Source of the DNA: an uncultured Lachnospiraceae bacterium | Lineage (GTDB): Bacteria > Bacillota > Clostridia > Lachnospirales > Lachnospiraceae | DNA length: 64,000 nucleotides | Assembly (NCBI GenBank): GCA_964425595.1 | Contig: CAYRMW010000002.1 | Span: 9,368 to 73,367, forward strand | Reading direction: 5' to 3' | Part shown: piece after piece, positions 38,033 to 47,117 of the stretch | Layout: the number at the start of each line of letters is the position of its first letter | Numbering within the stretch: the stretch's first letter is position 1 | Program-made: the position numbers and the translations under genes | Notes under the pieces: model-generated | Databases searched by the model: none | What the model was told of the DNA's origin: nothing | What the model saw: the letters and a program-made list of their open reading frames with translations, nothing else

Positions 38033-38491
38033 ATGCGGGTTGTACTGCAGCGGGTGCGGGAAGCATCGGTATCGGTAGGGGGCGAGGAGATCGGCAGGAT
38101 CGGAAGGGGATTTCTTCTGCTGGTCGGCATCTCCCATGAGGACGATGAAAAGATCGCGGATCGGATGGCGGACAAGATCTGCCGGCTGCGGATCTTTGAA
38201 GACGAACAGGGAAAGACAAATCTTTCCCTGGCGGATGTGGGCGGGGAAGTACTGGTCGTCAGCCAGTTTACCCTGTACGCGGATTGCCGGAAGGGGAACC
38301 GGCCCGGTTTTACGAATGCGGGCGACCCTGAACGGGCCTGCGCCCTGTATGAGCGGATGATTGCCGCGTTTCAGGAGCGGGTGAAAAAGACCGCCCATGG
38401 GCAGTTTGGGGCCGATATGAAGGTCTCTCTGGTCAATGACGGACCGTTTACCCTGTCCCTGGACAGCAGTCAGCTGTTTCCGGTGAAATAG
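38033..38491 (+). CDS. dtd: D-aminoacyl-tRNA deacylase
   Basis: [13 protein letters not shown].., ..[13 protein letters not shown].., ..[16 protein letters not shown].. and the C-terminal ..NDGPFT.. motif. Confidence 0.9.
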   Translation: MRVVLQRVREASVSVGGEEIGRIGRGFLLLVGISHEDDEKIADRMADKICRLRIFEDEQGKTNLSLADVGGEVLVVSQFTLYADCRKGNRPGFTNAGDPERACALYERMIAAFQERVKKTAHGQFGADMKVSLVNDGPFTLSLDSSQLFPVK

Positions 38492-38530
38492 AAAAGAGAG
38501 CAGAATGATGCAGAAACGGAGGATATGAGG

Positions 38531-39925
38531 ATGGCAAAGAAAACAAAAGGCCAGGAACTGGCGGAAAAGCTGACCTGGAGCGCGCCGAATATCGGCAGGG
38601 AAGCGCCAAAGCAGGTAGAGAAAGCGCGGAAGTTCTGCGAGGGCTATAAAGCATTTCTGGACGCGGGAAAGACGGAGCGGGAATGTGTGCGCTACGCTCT
38701 AGACCTCCTGAAGCAGAGAGGATACCGTCCTTTTGAAGCCGGCGCGTCGTATCGGGCCGGTGATAAGGTATATTATGTGAACAGAGGAAAGGCGCTCATT
38801 GTCACGACCTTCGGGCGGCTGCCGCTGGAAGAGGGGTTGCGCATCAACGGCGCCCACATCGATTCGCCAAGGCTGGATCTGAAGCCGAATCCGCTGTACG
38901 AAAAGGAGGAGATGGCGTATTTTAAGACCCATTACTACGGGGGCATCCGCAAGTACCAGTGGGGGACCATTCCGTTAGCCATGCATGGCGTGGTGATGAA
39001 GAAAAACGGCGAGATGGTGGAGATCTGCATCGGCGAGAAGGAAGGCGATCCGGTATTCTGCATCACGGATCTGCTTCCGCACCTGTCGGCAAAGCAGAAT
39101 GAGCGTCCCCTGCGGGAGGGCTTAAAGGGCGAAGAGCTGAACATCGTCGTCGGTTCCCTGCCGTACCAGGATGACCAGGTGAAAGAACCGGTGAAGCTTC
39201 TGGCCCTGGAGCTGTTAAACGAGCAGTACGGCATCACCGAGGCGGATTTCTGCAGGGCGGAGATCGAGATGGTGCCGTCGCAGAAGGCCTGTGATGTGGG
39301 CCTGGACCGCAGCCTGATCGGCGCTTATGGCCAGGATGACCGGGTGTGCGCCTACACGGCGCTGATGGCGGATATCGATACGGAGGTGCCGGAGCATACT
39401 ACGGTAACGATCCTTACGGACAAGGAGGAGATCGGTTCGGAAGGGAATACCGGACTGGCGTCAAGCTATGTTCTGCATTATCTTGAAGAACTGGCGGATC
39501 AGGCGGGGGTCCCGGTACGGCGGATCCTGAAGCGATCCATCTGCCTTTCTTCCGATGTCAACGCGGCTTATGACCCCAATTTCCCGGATGTTTATGAAAG
39601 CAGGAATTCTTCCTATGTCAACAAGGGCTGTGTCCTGACCAAGTACACCGGAGCCAGAGGAAAGTCCGGATCGAATGACGCCGGCGCGGAGCTGATGGGG
39701 AAGGTGATCGGCATCCTGGAAGCAGAAGGCGTCTACTGGCAGGCCGGGGAGCTGGGCAAGGTAGACGAAGGCGGCGGCGGGACCATCGCCAAATTTGTGG
39801 CGGCCATGGATGTCGATACCGTGGATCTTGGCGTCCCGATCCTGTCGATGCATGCGCCCTTTGAACTCGCGTCCAAGCTGGATGTATGGAATACCTACAA
39901 GGCTTTCCGGGCATTTTACAAATAA
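38531..39925 (+). CDS. M18 family aminopeptidase
   Basis: About 464 aa. ..NGAHIDSPRLDLKPNP.., ..DDRVCAYTAL.., ..DKEEIGSEGNTG.. and ..LSMHAPFE.. are typical of M18/aminopeptidase 1. GGAGG (38518-38522) favours ATG 38531 over 38525. Confidence 0.85.
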   Translation: MAKKTKGQELAEKLTWSAPNIGREAPKQVEKARKFCEGYKAFLDAGKTERECVRYALDLLKQRGYRPFEAGASYRAGDKVYYVNRGKALIVTTFGRLPLEEGLRINGAHIDSPRLDLKPNPLYEKEEMAYFKTHYYGGIRKYQWGTIPLAMHGVVMKKNGEMVEICIGEKEGDPVFCITDLLPHLSAKQNERPLREGLKGEELNIVVGSLPYQDDQVKEPVKLLALELLNEQYGITEADFCRAEIEMVPSQKACDVGLDRSLIGAYGQDDRVCAYTALMADIDTEVPEHTTVTILTDKEEIGSEGNTGLASSYVLHYLEELADQAGVPVRRILKRSICLSSDVNAAYDPNFPDVYESRNSSYVNKGCVLTKYTGARGKSGSNDAGAELMGKVIGILEAEGVYWQAGELGKVDEGGGGTIAKFVAAMDVDTVDLGVPILSMHAPFELASKLDVWNTYKAFRAFYK

Positions 39926-39978
39926 CCGCCCTTCCTGCAGCGCAGGGCGAAAGGATGAAAGAAAAGGATTTGTGTATT

Positions 39979-41055
39979 ATGAAAAAAAAGATTGCAGCAT
40001 TATGTTTGTGTGCCATGTTTGCCGTTGCGTTTGCCTCCGGCTGCGGGAAAAGCAGCAGCCAGGAGACGTCTTCCCAGGATCAGTCGGACAGTCAGTCGGA
40101 CATCCCGAAGGGAACGGTCACGCTGGGAAACTATATCGGCCTTGAAATCACCGAACCAAGCAACGAGGTGACAGACGAGGATGTGGAGACACAGATCAAT
40201 TACACCCTCAGCGTCAATCCCACCCTGGTCGAGGTGACCGACCGGCCTGCCCAGGACGGCGATGTGGTAAACATTGATTATGTAGGCCTGAAGGATGGGG
40301 TGGCGTTCGACGGAGGCTCTGCGCAGGGCTATGATCTGACGCTGGGGTCCGGGACCTTTATCGACGGTTTTGAGGACGGCCTGATCGGCGCCAATGTGGG
40401 CGATGAGGTCAGCCTGGATCTGACCTTCCCGGAAAATTACGGCAATTCGGAGCTGGCAGGGCAGGATGTGGTTTTTGAGGTTACGGTAAATGCCATCCAG
40501 GAGCAGCAGGATGCCGTCCTGAACGACGAGTTTGTCCAGAGGGTGTCAGGCACCTGTAAGACCGTAGAGGAGTACCGCGAAGAAGTGCGTCTGTATCTGG
40601 AGGAGCTTGCCGAGCAGAGTGCCAAAAACCAGATGCAGGATGAGGCCATTGATCTGGTCATTGCGGACAGCACCTTCGAAGGGCTGGATGAGCAGGTCGA
40701 GGCGGAATTCAACACGCAGCTGGAACAGATGACCGCCGCGCTGGAGCAGAGCGGGTTTACCCTGGCGGATTATGTCGCGATGTACGGCATGGAGGAAGAC
40801 GACTTTAAGGAATATATGCGCTCCAGCATCGAAAGCAGTACCCGGATCAATCTGGTCTGCGAGGCGATCGCCGAGAAGGAAGGTCTTCAGGTGGAGGATG
40901 AGGACCGTCTGGAAGTGGCCAGGTTGTATAATCTGGACAGCCCGGATGAGCTGGTGGACGCCTATGGCCAGGAGGCGGTCGATGAGGCCGCAAGGAACGT
41001 CAAGGTGATGAACTTCCTGCTGGATAACGCGGTGATCACGCCGGAGGAGACGTAA
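39979..41055 (+). CDS. trigger-factor-like FKBP-type peptidyl-prolyl isomerase lipoprotein
   Basis: Signal peptide with lipobox (..AFASGCGKSS), then trigger-factor PPIase-domain similarity (..GDVVNIDYVGLKDGVAFDGGSAQGYDLTLGSGTFIDGFEDGLIGANVGDEVSLDLTFPENY..) and a TF-like C-terminal helical region. Confidence 0.8.
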   Translation: MKKKIAALCLCAMFAVAFASGCGKSSSQETSSQDQSDSQSDIPKGTVTLGNYIGLEITEPSNEVTDEDVETQINYTLSVNPTLVEVTDRPAQDGDVVNIDYVGLKDGVAFDGGSAQGYDLTLGSGTFIDGFEDGLIGANVGDEVSLDLTFPENYGNSELAGQDVVFEVTVNAIQEQQDAVLNDEFVQRVSGTCKTVEEYREEVRLYLEELAEQSAKNQMQDEAIDLVIADSTFEGLDEQVEAEFNTQLEQMTAALEQSGFTLADYVAMYGMEEDDFKEYMRSSIESSTRINLVCEAIAEKEGLQVEDEDRLEVARLYNLDSPDELVDAYGQEAVDEAARNVKVMNFLLDNAVITPEET

Positions 41056-41153
41056 GCGGCGAGACAAAGAAACCGCCTAGACGGCGGCGCGGGCAGGCAT
41101 GACGGAAAAAGGATACGGCACAATGGACACAGGGGAATGGAACGGAGGATGGC

Positions 41154-41747
41154 ATGAGAGAGCTGAAGGAGAGGATCCGCAGAGACGGGAAGATCAAGGC
41201 GGGCAATGTGCTGAAGGTAGACAGTTTTTTGAATCATCAGATGGATATCAAACTATTCGAAGCGATCGGACGGGAGTTTAAGCGCCGCTTTGCGGATCAG
41301 GAGGTGACCAAGATCCTCACCATCGAGGCTTCCGGGATCGGCATTGCCTGTGTGGCAGCCCAGAGCTTTCAGGTTCCGGTGGTGTTTGCCAAAAAGACCG
41401 AGACAAAGAACATTGCCGGTGAGGTCTACACTACGAAGGTGGAATCCTATACGCACGGAAGGGTCTATGACATCATTGTATCGAAGGAATTCCTGGGCAA
41501 AGGAGATAAGGTCCTTCTGATCGACGATTTTCTGGCTAATGGAAAGGCTCTGGAGGGACTGGCCAGGATCGTGAAGGAGTCCGGAGCGGAGCTGATCGGC
41601 GCCGGTATTGTGATCGAGAAGGGCTTTCAGGTAGGCGGAGATATGCTCCGGGACCAGGGACTCCGGGTGGAATCCCTGGCGATCGTAGACAGCATGGATG
41701 AAAAGACAGGAACCATCGTGTTCCGGGGGGATGACGATGAGCGGTAA
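41154..41747 (+). CDS. xpt: xanthine phosphoribosyltransferase
   Basis: MRELKERIRRDGKI..GNVLKVDSFLNHQMD.., ..KILTIEASGI.. and the PRPP loop VLLIDDFLANG. Confidence 0.9.
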   Translation: MRELKERIRRDGKIKAGNVLKVDSFLNHQMDIKLFEAIGREFKRRFADQEVTKILTIEASGIGIACVAAQSFQVPVVFAKKTETKNIAGEVYTTKVESYTHGRVYDIIVSKEFLGKGDKVLLIDDFLANGKALEGLARIVKESGAELIGAGIVIEKGFQVGGDMLRDQGLRVESLAIVDSMDEKTGTIVFRGDDDER

Positions 41748-41815
41748 ACGGGCGCTGTTTTTTTGACGTGGACGGCACTCTTCCGGATGAACATACCGGA
41801 AGGGTGCCGATCTGA
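41737..41815 (+). pseudogene. remnant of a HAD-IIB (Cof/BT4131-like) phosphatase gene, N-terminal about 25 codons, frameshifted in a T7 run
   Basis: ATG 41737 gives MSGKRALFF, then TGA inside TTTTTTT (41758-41764). The +1 frame continues DVDGTLPDEHTGRVPI* (to 41815). FFDVDGTL is HAD motif I. Nothing HAD-like follows. Confidence 0.5.
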
Positions 41816-41844
41816 TGTTTCATGAGGTATTATCTGCCGGGAAA

Positions 41845-42534
41845 TTACACCTTGAAGCGGTAGCCCACACCCCAGATGGTTTCAATGTACTGCGGCTTGG
41901 CGGTGTTAAATTCAATCTTCTCGCGGATCTTCTTGATATGCACGGTCACCGTGGCGATATCGCCGACGGATTCCATATCCCAGATCCTGGAAAACAGCTC
42001 CTCCTTGGTGAAGACATGATTCGGATTTTGTGCCAGGAAGGTCAGCAGATCAAATTCTTTGGTGGTAAACGTCTTTTCTTCTCCGTTTACCCATACACGT
42101 CTGGCGGTCTTATCGATCTTAAGGCCGCGGATTTCGATCACATCATTGGCCGGCATGCCGCTCTTGATCAGGCGTTCATATCGGGCCAGGTGCGCCTTGA
42201 CCCGGGCGACCAGCTCGCTGGGGCTGAAGGGCTTGGTAATGTAGTCGTCGGCTCCCAGGCCCAGCCCGCGGATCTTATCGATATCCTCTTTTTTGGCCGA
42301 GACCAAGATCACCGGAGTATTCTTGACTCTCCGGATCGCGCGGCAGATCTCGAAACCGTCCGTACCCGGAAGCATCAGATCCAGGATAAACAGGTCGAAA
42401 TCTTCTTTCAGCGAACGCTCCCGTCCTACGGTTCCGTCATTCTCGATCTCTACCTCAAATCCGCTCAGTTCCAGGTAATCCTTCTCCAATTCGGCGATCG
42501 CCTCTTCATCTTCGATAATGAGAATCCTGCTCAT
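41845..42534 (-). CDS. OmpR-family response regulator
   Basis: Receiver domain (MSRILIIEDEE..LFILDLMLPG..ITKPF) plus a winged-helix output (..YIETIWGVGYRFK). Confidence 0.9.
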   Translation of the reverse strand: MSRILIIEDEEAIAELEKDYLELSGFEVEIENDGTVGRERSLKEDFDLFILDLMLPGTDGFEICRAIRRVKNTPVILVSAKKEDIDKIRGLGLGADDYITKPFSPSELVARVKAHLARYERLIKSGMPANDVIEIRGLKIDKTARRVWVNGEEKTFTTKEFDLLTFLAQNPNHVFTKEELFSRIWDMESVGDIATVTVHIKKIREKIEFNTAKPQYIETIWGVGYRFKV

Positions 42535-44027
42535 TCCTGCGTTACCTCCTGATATTTCCTGAGTATGAAATGGATTTCCGTGCCGATGCCTTCCTTGCTG
42601 GTGGCCCAGATCCGTCCGCCGTGATCTTCGATGATCTTTCTTACAATGGAAAGACCGATGCCGCTGCCGCCCTTCGAGGAGTTGCGCGATGAGTCCGCCC
42701 GGTAAAAGCGGTCGAAGATATTCGGCAGATCCTTCTGGGCGATCCCTTTTCCGTTATCCTCGATTTCCACTTCGATGCAATCTCCCACATCCTTGATCCG
42801 GATATTGATGATGCCTTTTTTCTTATCGATATACTTTACGGAATTGCCGATAATGTTGTTGATCACGCGCCTCATCTGCTCCGCATCGGCGATCACCCGC
42901 ACGTCCTCATCTACGTAATTAAAATACCCCAGTTCGATGCCCTTGGCCTCCATGTCCAGGCCGACTTCTTCCACACAGTCTTTGAAATACTGGTTCACAT
43001 TGATCTTCGTGAAAGTATAGGGGATCTTGTTGGTATCAATCTTAGAATAAAAGGTCAGTTCATCGATCAGCCGGTCCATATCGTTTGCCTTGTTGTATAT
43101 CGTGCGGATGTACTTATCCAGCCGCTGCGGAGAAGAAGCCACGCCGTCCATGATGCCCTCGGCATAGCCTTTAATGGCGGTAATCGGCGTCTTCAGGTCA
43201 TGGGCGATGTTGCTGATCAGCTCCTTGCTCTCGCGGTCATACTCCATTTTCTCCTCGGTCGATTCCTTAAGACGGATCCGCATTTCCTCAAAGTCCTGGC
43301 ACAGCTGCCCGATCTCATCCGCATTCTCTACCTCCAGGGCAAAGTTCAGATTCCCGTCCCGGATTTGCTTGGTAGCCTCCTTAAGCTTCCCAAGGGGACG
43401 CAGAATAGACTGATAGATCCATACCGTCAGGATAAAACCAACGCCCATCAGGATTGCCAGTCCCATGACCAGCATCTCCGCGACCATGGATTTGACTTCC
43501 GGGACGAATTCGTCTATGCGGGAGACGATGAAGACGGTGCCTTCGCTGCTGTCGGGAAACTGGAAATCCATCTGTTTGATCAGATGCTGGCTGTCTCCGT
43601 CCAGATAAATGCCGCCTTCCAGATCGTCGTTCGCCGTGGAATATTCCGGCAGCATCTCGCACAGTTCCTCATACGCCTCATCATCAGCACTTCCGACATA
43701 GATCAGTTCATCCCCTTTGCGGACGATCAAATAGGCATAACAATCAAGCAGCTGCTGGTTCAGCTGGTCCAGATACTCGGTATCCTCAAAGCGGCCTGTA
43801 TCTTCATCCAGGCTCTGGCGTATCGCCTCCTGATATTTCTGCGTCAGACGGTTAAAGATCTGCAGAGAATTTGCCGACAGAAGTTCGATCTGCTCATTCA
43901 GACCGTAAGCTTTCTGGAAAGCCTGCGCCTGGTAATGCAAAAGTCCATACGCCGATGCGCAAATCAGGATAACCGGCGCAAGGGTAACAAAAAAAAACGT
44001 TACGGCCAAACGTGTTTTTAATTTCAT
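42531..44027 (-). CDS. sensor histidine kinase (two TM segments, extracytoplasmic domain, HAMP, HisKA, HATPase)
   Basis: ATG 44027 follows TAGGAGG. H-box ..ISNIAHDLKTPITAIKGY.., N-box ..NIIGNSVKY.. and G-boxes ..DNGKGI.. / ..GGSGIGLSI.. It overlaps the RR gene by 4 nt. Confidence 0.9.
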   Translation of the reverse strand: MKLKTRLAVTFFFVTLAPVILICASAYGLLHYQAQAFQKAYGLNEQIELLSANSLQIFNRLTQKYQEAIRQSLDEDTGRFEDTEYLDQLNQQLLDCYAYLIVRKGDELIYVGSADDEAYEELCEMLPEYSTANDDLEGGIYLDGDSQHLIKQMDFQFPDSSEGTVFIVSRIDEFVPEVKSMVAEMLVMGLAILMGVGFILTVWIYQSILRPLGKLKEATKQIRDGNLNFALEVENADEIGQLCQDFEEMRIRLKESTEEKMEYDRESKELISNIAHDLKTPITAIKGYAEGIMDGVASSPQRLDKYIRTIYNKANDMDRLIDELTFYSKIDTNKIPYTFTKINVNQYFKDCVEEVGLDMEAKGIELGYFNYVDEDVRVIADAEQMRRVINNIIGNSVKYIDKKKGIINIRIKDVGDCIEVEIEDNGKGIAQKDLPNIFDRFYRADSSRNSSKGGSGIGLSIVRKIIEDHGGRIWATSKEGIGTEIHFILRKYQEVTQE

Positions 44028-44151
44028 GCCGTGCCTCCTAATGTTCGCAAACGCGGTTTTCCGCCTCCGGCATTTTTTCCTAGAAAGAAACAGCCTCGTA
44101 CAGAACGGGCTGCAGATAAGGGCCTGCAAACAGGCTTTCTATTCGCATTTC

Positions 44152-44160
44152 ATTATAGCA
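44152..44160 (-). promoter_or_regulatory. extended -10 element (TGCTATAAT) for the HK-RR operon
   Basis: The reverse complement of 44152-44160 reads TGCTATAAT. It lies about 125 nt upstream of the HK start. I found no good -35. Confidence 0.4.
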
Positions 44161-44290
44161 TAAATCCGAGAGGCTGTTTCTAAAAACATTCTAAACTTTG
44201 CCGGGGGTATATTCGGCGACAGTGAGCAGAATAGCATCACATCGGAGCAGCTGAACCTGCCGTCATGCCGCTCTTTTGCGTGATCTGATC

Positions 44291-44326
44291 AAAAAGGCGG
44301 ACGGAAAAGTTCCGCCCGCCTTTTTT
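44291..44326 (-). terminator. rho-independent (bidirectional-looking) terminator after the SBP gene
   Basis: AAAAA-GGCGGACGG-loop-CCGCCCGCC-TTTTTT. There is one mismatch in the 9-bp stem, and U-tracts are available on both strands. Confidence 0.7.
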
Positions 44327-45914
44327 ACTGATTTAAGGAGTCAACGATCGCATTGGACCATTCCAGTCCATTTTCCGCCTCAAATCTGGCGTAGCCTTCT
44401 TCGACAGAAGTCCCCTGGGTAATGATGTCTGCGACGATCGAACGCTTTAAGGTCATCAGATCGCCGTTATACTGATTCATCGTCTCCGTGGAAGGGATCA
44501 GATCCAGCGTAACGGAATTGGCGTCAAAAATCTCCTGTGATTCTTTGGTGAACGCCGGAAGGAATGCCTCGCCGGGATCCTCATCTACGTAATCAGCCAG
44601 GGACAGAAGGGGATCGATGTATCCCTTCTGATACTGGGTTCCGGGGCTTTCCAGACTCTCCAGTCCGTGGAATTCGCCCTCTTCATAGGTGTTTCCGCAT
44701 ACCGTCTCTGCTGCCGTGGACCAGTGAACGCCCTCTACGCCGTAGGTCCATAAGGTCTGCATATCACCGCCGTCCAGCATGGATTCGATAAAGTATTTAA
44801 ATACGCCTTCCGGATTCTCGCAGGCGGAAGTGATCGCCATTACGTTCGGCAGTTTGGCCACATAATTCCCGAGTTCTTCAATCGGCGGAAGGGCAACCAG
44901 GTCTCCGGAGTGCCCGTTCGCAACCAGGTTATCGGAAAGCTGGGTTCCCCAGGTTCCGGACCAGTAAGTAAATACGCCGAAGCTGTCTTCATAAAACTTA
45001 TTCCGGCAGTCGCTGGTGCCGTTTGTCAGGGTTTCTTTATCAATGTATCCTTTTGCGTATGCATCCTGCATCCTTTCCAGGGTGGCTTTCATGTTATCCT
45101 GGGTAAATCCGTCAATCCATTGCCCGTTTTCATCTTTGGTAAAATCAACGGTTGCGCCCTGATAAAACTCAGGAAGATACATGGTCCACGGCGCCTCCGG
45201 AGCGATATAGCCGGCTGCCGATACGCCGTAGGTATCGCCGTCAATGCCGTTGCCATCCGGATCGCCGTTGGTAAACGCATCCAGCATCTCCAGATATTCC
45301 TCATAATTCGTGGGAACATCCAGTCCGCAGTTATCCAGCCAGGACTGCTTGACGTAAGTAATGCAGCCCTTGCTGTTTTCATGGGCAAATCCGTAAAGCT
45401 TACCGTCGATCTTTAATTTTTCCAAGATCTCCTCGCCTTTGTAACGGCCGGAAGCCTTCAGCTCGGAATTCTCCCAGGCCTCCGTCATATCCCACAGCGC
45501 GCCTTCCTCAGCATAACCGGTGTAGTAGGAAGAAGAAAGGATGACCACATCCGGCCAGTTGTCCGGACCGGAGGCAAAAGTCTGCCCTAAAACGTCATTG
45601 TATGCGTCGTGATCAGGCTGGATGATCACCAGATCGATTCCGGTAAGCTCCTCCCAGCGTTTTTCAAACTCATCCCGTCCGTTCGCCTGGGTAAATACAT
45701 TTCCGTTTACGAAGATCGTGATCTGTTCCGGTTTCTCGATATCATCCTCAGCAGAAGCTGCCGTCGTCTCGGCCGCGGCGCTATCGGTGGTCGTCTCATC
45801 GGCCGCCGAAGTATCCGTGGTGGTGGAGCTGCCCCCGCAGCCGGTCAGCAGCATGGAAGCCGCCATTGTCGCTGTCAATCCCCATGTCAGCAGTTTGCGC
45901 TCTGTTCTTTGCAT
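44325..45914 (-). CDS. extracellular solute-binding lipoprotein (large family-1 SBP) with no cognate permease genes nearby
   Basis: Lipobox ..SMLLTGCGGSS, a Thr/Asp/Ala-rich linker and a 529-aa family-1 SBP. GGAGGAGG RBS. It is flanked by an enolase-superfamily gene and a two-component system, not by ABC permeases. Confidence 0.85.
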   Translation of the reverse strand: MQRTERKLLTWGLTATMAASMLLTGCGGSSTTTDTSAADETTTDSAAAETTAASAEDDIEKPEQITIFVNGNVFTQANGRDEFEKRWEELTGIDLVIIQPDHDAYNDVLGQTFASGPDNWPDVVILSSSYYTGYAEEGALWDMTEAWENSELKASGRYKGEEILEKLKIDGKLYGFAHENSKGCITYVKQSWLDNCGLDVPTNYEEYLEMLDAFTNGDPDGNGIDGDTYGVSAAGYIAPEAPWTMYLPEFYQGATVDFTKDENGQWIDGFTQDNMKATLERMQDAYAKGYIDKETLTNGTSDCRNKFYEDSFGVFTYWSGTWGTQLSDNLVANGHSGDLVALPPIEELGNYVAKLPNVMAITSACENPEGVFKYFIESMLDGGDMQTLWTYGVEGVHWSTAAETVCGNTYEEGEFHGLESLESPGTQYQKGYIDPLLSLADYVDEDPGEAFLPAFTKESQEIFDANSVTLDLIPSTETMNQYNGDLMTLKRSIVADIITQGTSVEEGYARFEAENGLEWSNAIVDSLNQ

Positions 45915-45974
45915 GTAAACGTCCTCCTCCGTTGTAATGGTTTTTGTTTCCCCTTTTCCTTCTCAAACAATCCT

Positions 45975-47117
45975 TTATTTGTCTGCGTAATAGATAACCC
46001 GGCTTTCCAGGAATCCGTCCTTTTCGAGCTTTTCCACGTTCATCCTTGCCGGAAGCCCCGGAATGTCCGCCGGGCAGATAAACCGGCCGTCCCTGGCCTC
46101 AGGGACATTCAGCATGTACTCAGCCACCGGGCGGCTGATGGGCTCATGGTATTCAACCCGCTCATTTTCGTCGTAAAGACAGCCAAAGTACGCGTTTATC
46201 GCCGCTCTTCCGCCGGAAGAGAATGTCACGCCATGTTCTCTGGCCATGTCACGGATCCGGAGCAGATCGTCGATCCTGGACATCCTGCCCAGTGAAGGCT
46301 GCAGATGATCCACACCTTTTTCGATGTATGTTTCGTATGCGTAAGAAATCCGCATGGACTCGCCGAATGCGATGGGCATATCCACGCCCATTTCCTTTAA
46401 GCGCTTGATGCCGTTCATATCATGGGAGTGAATCGGCTCTTCCAGCCACTCCGGATGATACGGAGCCGCAAGCTTGGCAAACTTCCAGGCGTCTTCCACA
46501 TCCCATCTCTGGTTCGCGTCCACAGCGATGCCGATCTCATCGCCTACTGCCAGACGTACTTTTTCCAGCCGGCGGATATCCCGCTCCATATCCCTGCCTT
46601 CGCCGCTTCCTACTTTAAACTTGACCGTGCGGAACCCCTCTTCCACATAGCGGGTCATATCCTCTACCAGCTCTTCGTCGGAAAGAAGGATAGAACCGCC
46701 GCCCTTATAGGCCGCCGCCCAGTCTTTCTTTGCTCCCAGGAAACGGTGAATGGGCTTTCCCGCCCGCTGCGCCAGGATGTCAAGCATCATCAGATCTACG
46801 GTTCCCACCTCGACTGCCTGCCCGCTCTGGAATCCGCTGTTGCGGATCTTCCAATACAGAGAATGTCTCCATTCATTGTAGCTCATCTCCTCGCCGGTCA
46901 GGAGTCTGGGAAGCATATCCCTTACGAAGCTTCTGCTTGCCGAATAATGCGCACAGGCTCCGGTCTGGTCGTAAAGCTCCAGGCAACCCTGCTCCGGCGC
47001 GTACTTTCCCATGCCTCCGGTTCCGTCTCTAAACGGCTTTGGCAGCGGAATGGGCCTGAAATTGTAATAGACGGCTTTGGTAAAACGAATGTTGTCCTTG
47101 AAATCAAACGAAACCAT
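45975..47117 (-). CDS. enolase-superfamily protein (mandelate racemase / muconate lactonizing enzyme family)
   Basis: KxK motif (TVKFKVG) and metal ligands in IAVDANQ, WLEEP and AFGES. 380 aa. Confidence 0.85.
   Translation of the reverse strand: MVSFDFKDNIRFTKAVYYNFRPIPLPKPFRDGTGGMGKYAPEQGCLELYDQTGACAHYSASRSFVRDMLPRLLTGEEMSYNEWRHSLYWKIRNSGFQSGQAVEVGTVDLMMLDILAQRAGKPIHRFLGAKKDWAAAYKGGGSILLSDEELVEDMTRYVEEGFRTVKFKVGSGEGRDMERDIRRLEKVRLAVGDEIGIAVDANQRWDVEDAWKFAKLAAPYHPEWLEEPIHSHDMNGIKRLKEMGVDMPIAFGESMRISYAYETYIEKGVDHLQPSLGRMSRIDDLLRIRDMAREHGVTFSSGGRAAINAYFGCLYDENERVEYHEPISRPVAEYMLNVPEARDGRFICPADIPGLPARMNVEKLEKDGFLESRVIYYADK

Noticed and set aside
41056-41153. A purine (guanine/xanthine) riboswitch was expected upstream of xpt, as in Bacillus.
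   Set aside because: The 98-nt gap is GC-rich. It lacks the conserved ..UAUAAUCGCGUGGAUAUGGCACGCA..CCGUAAAU.. type three-way-junction sequence, and I found no matching P1.
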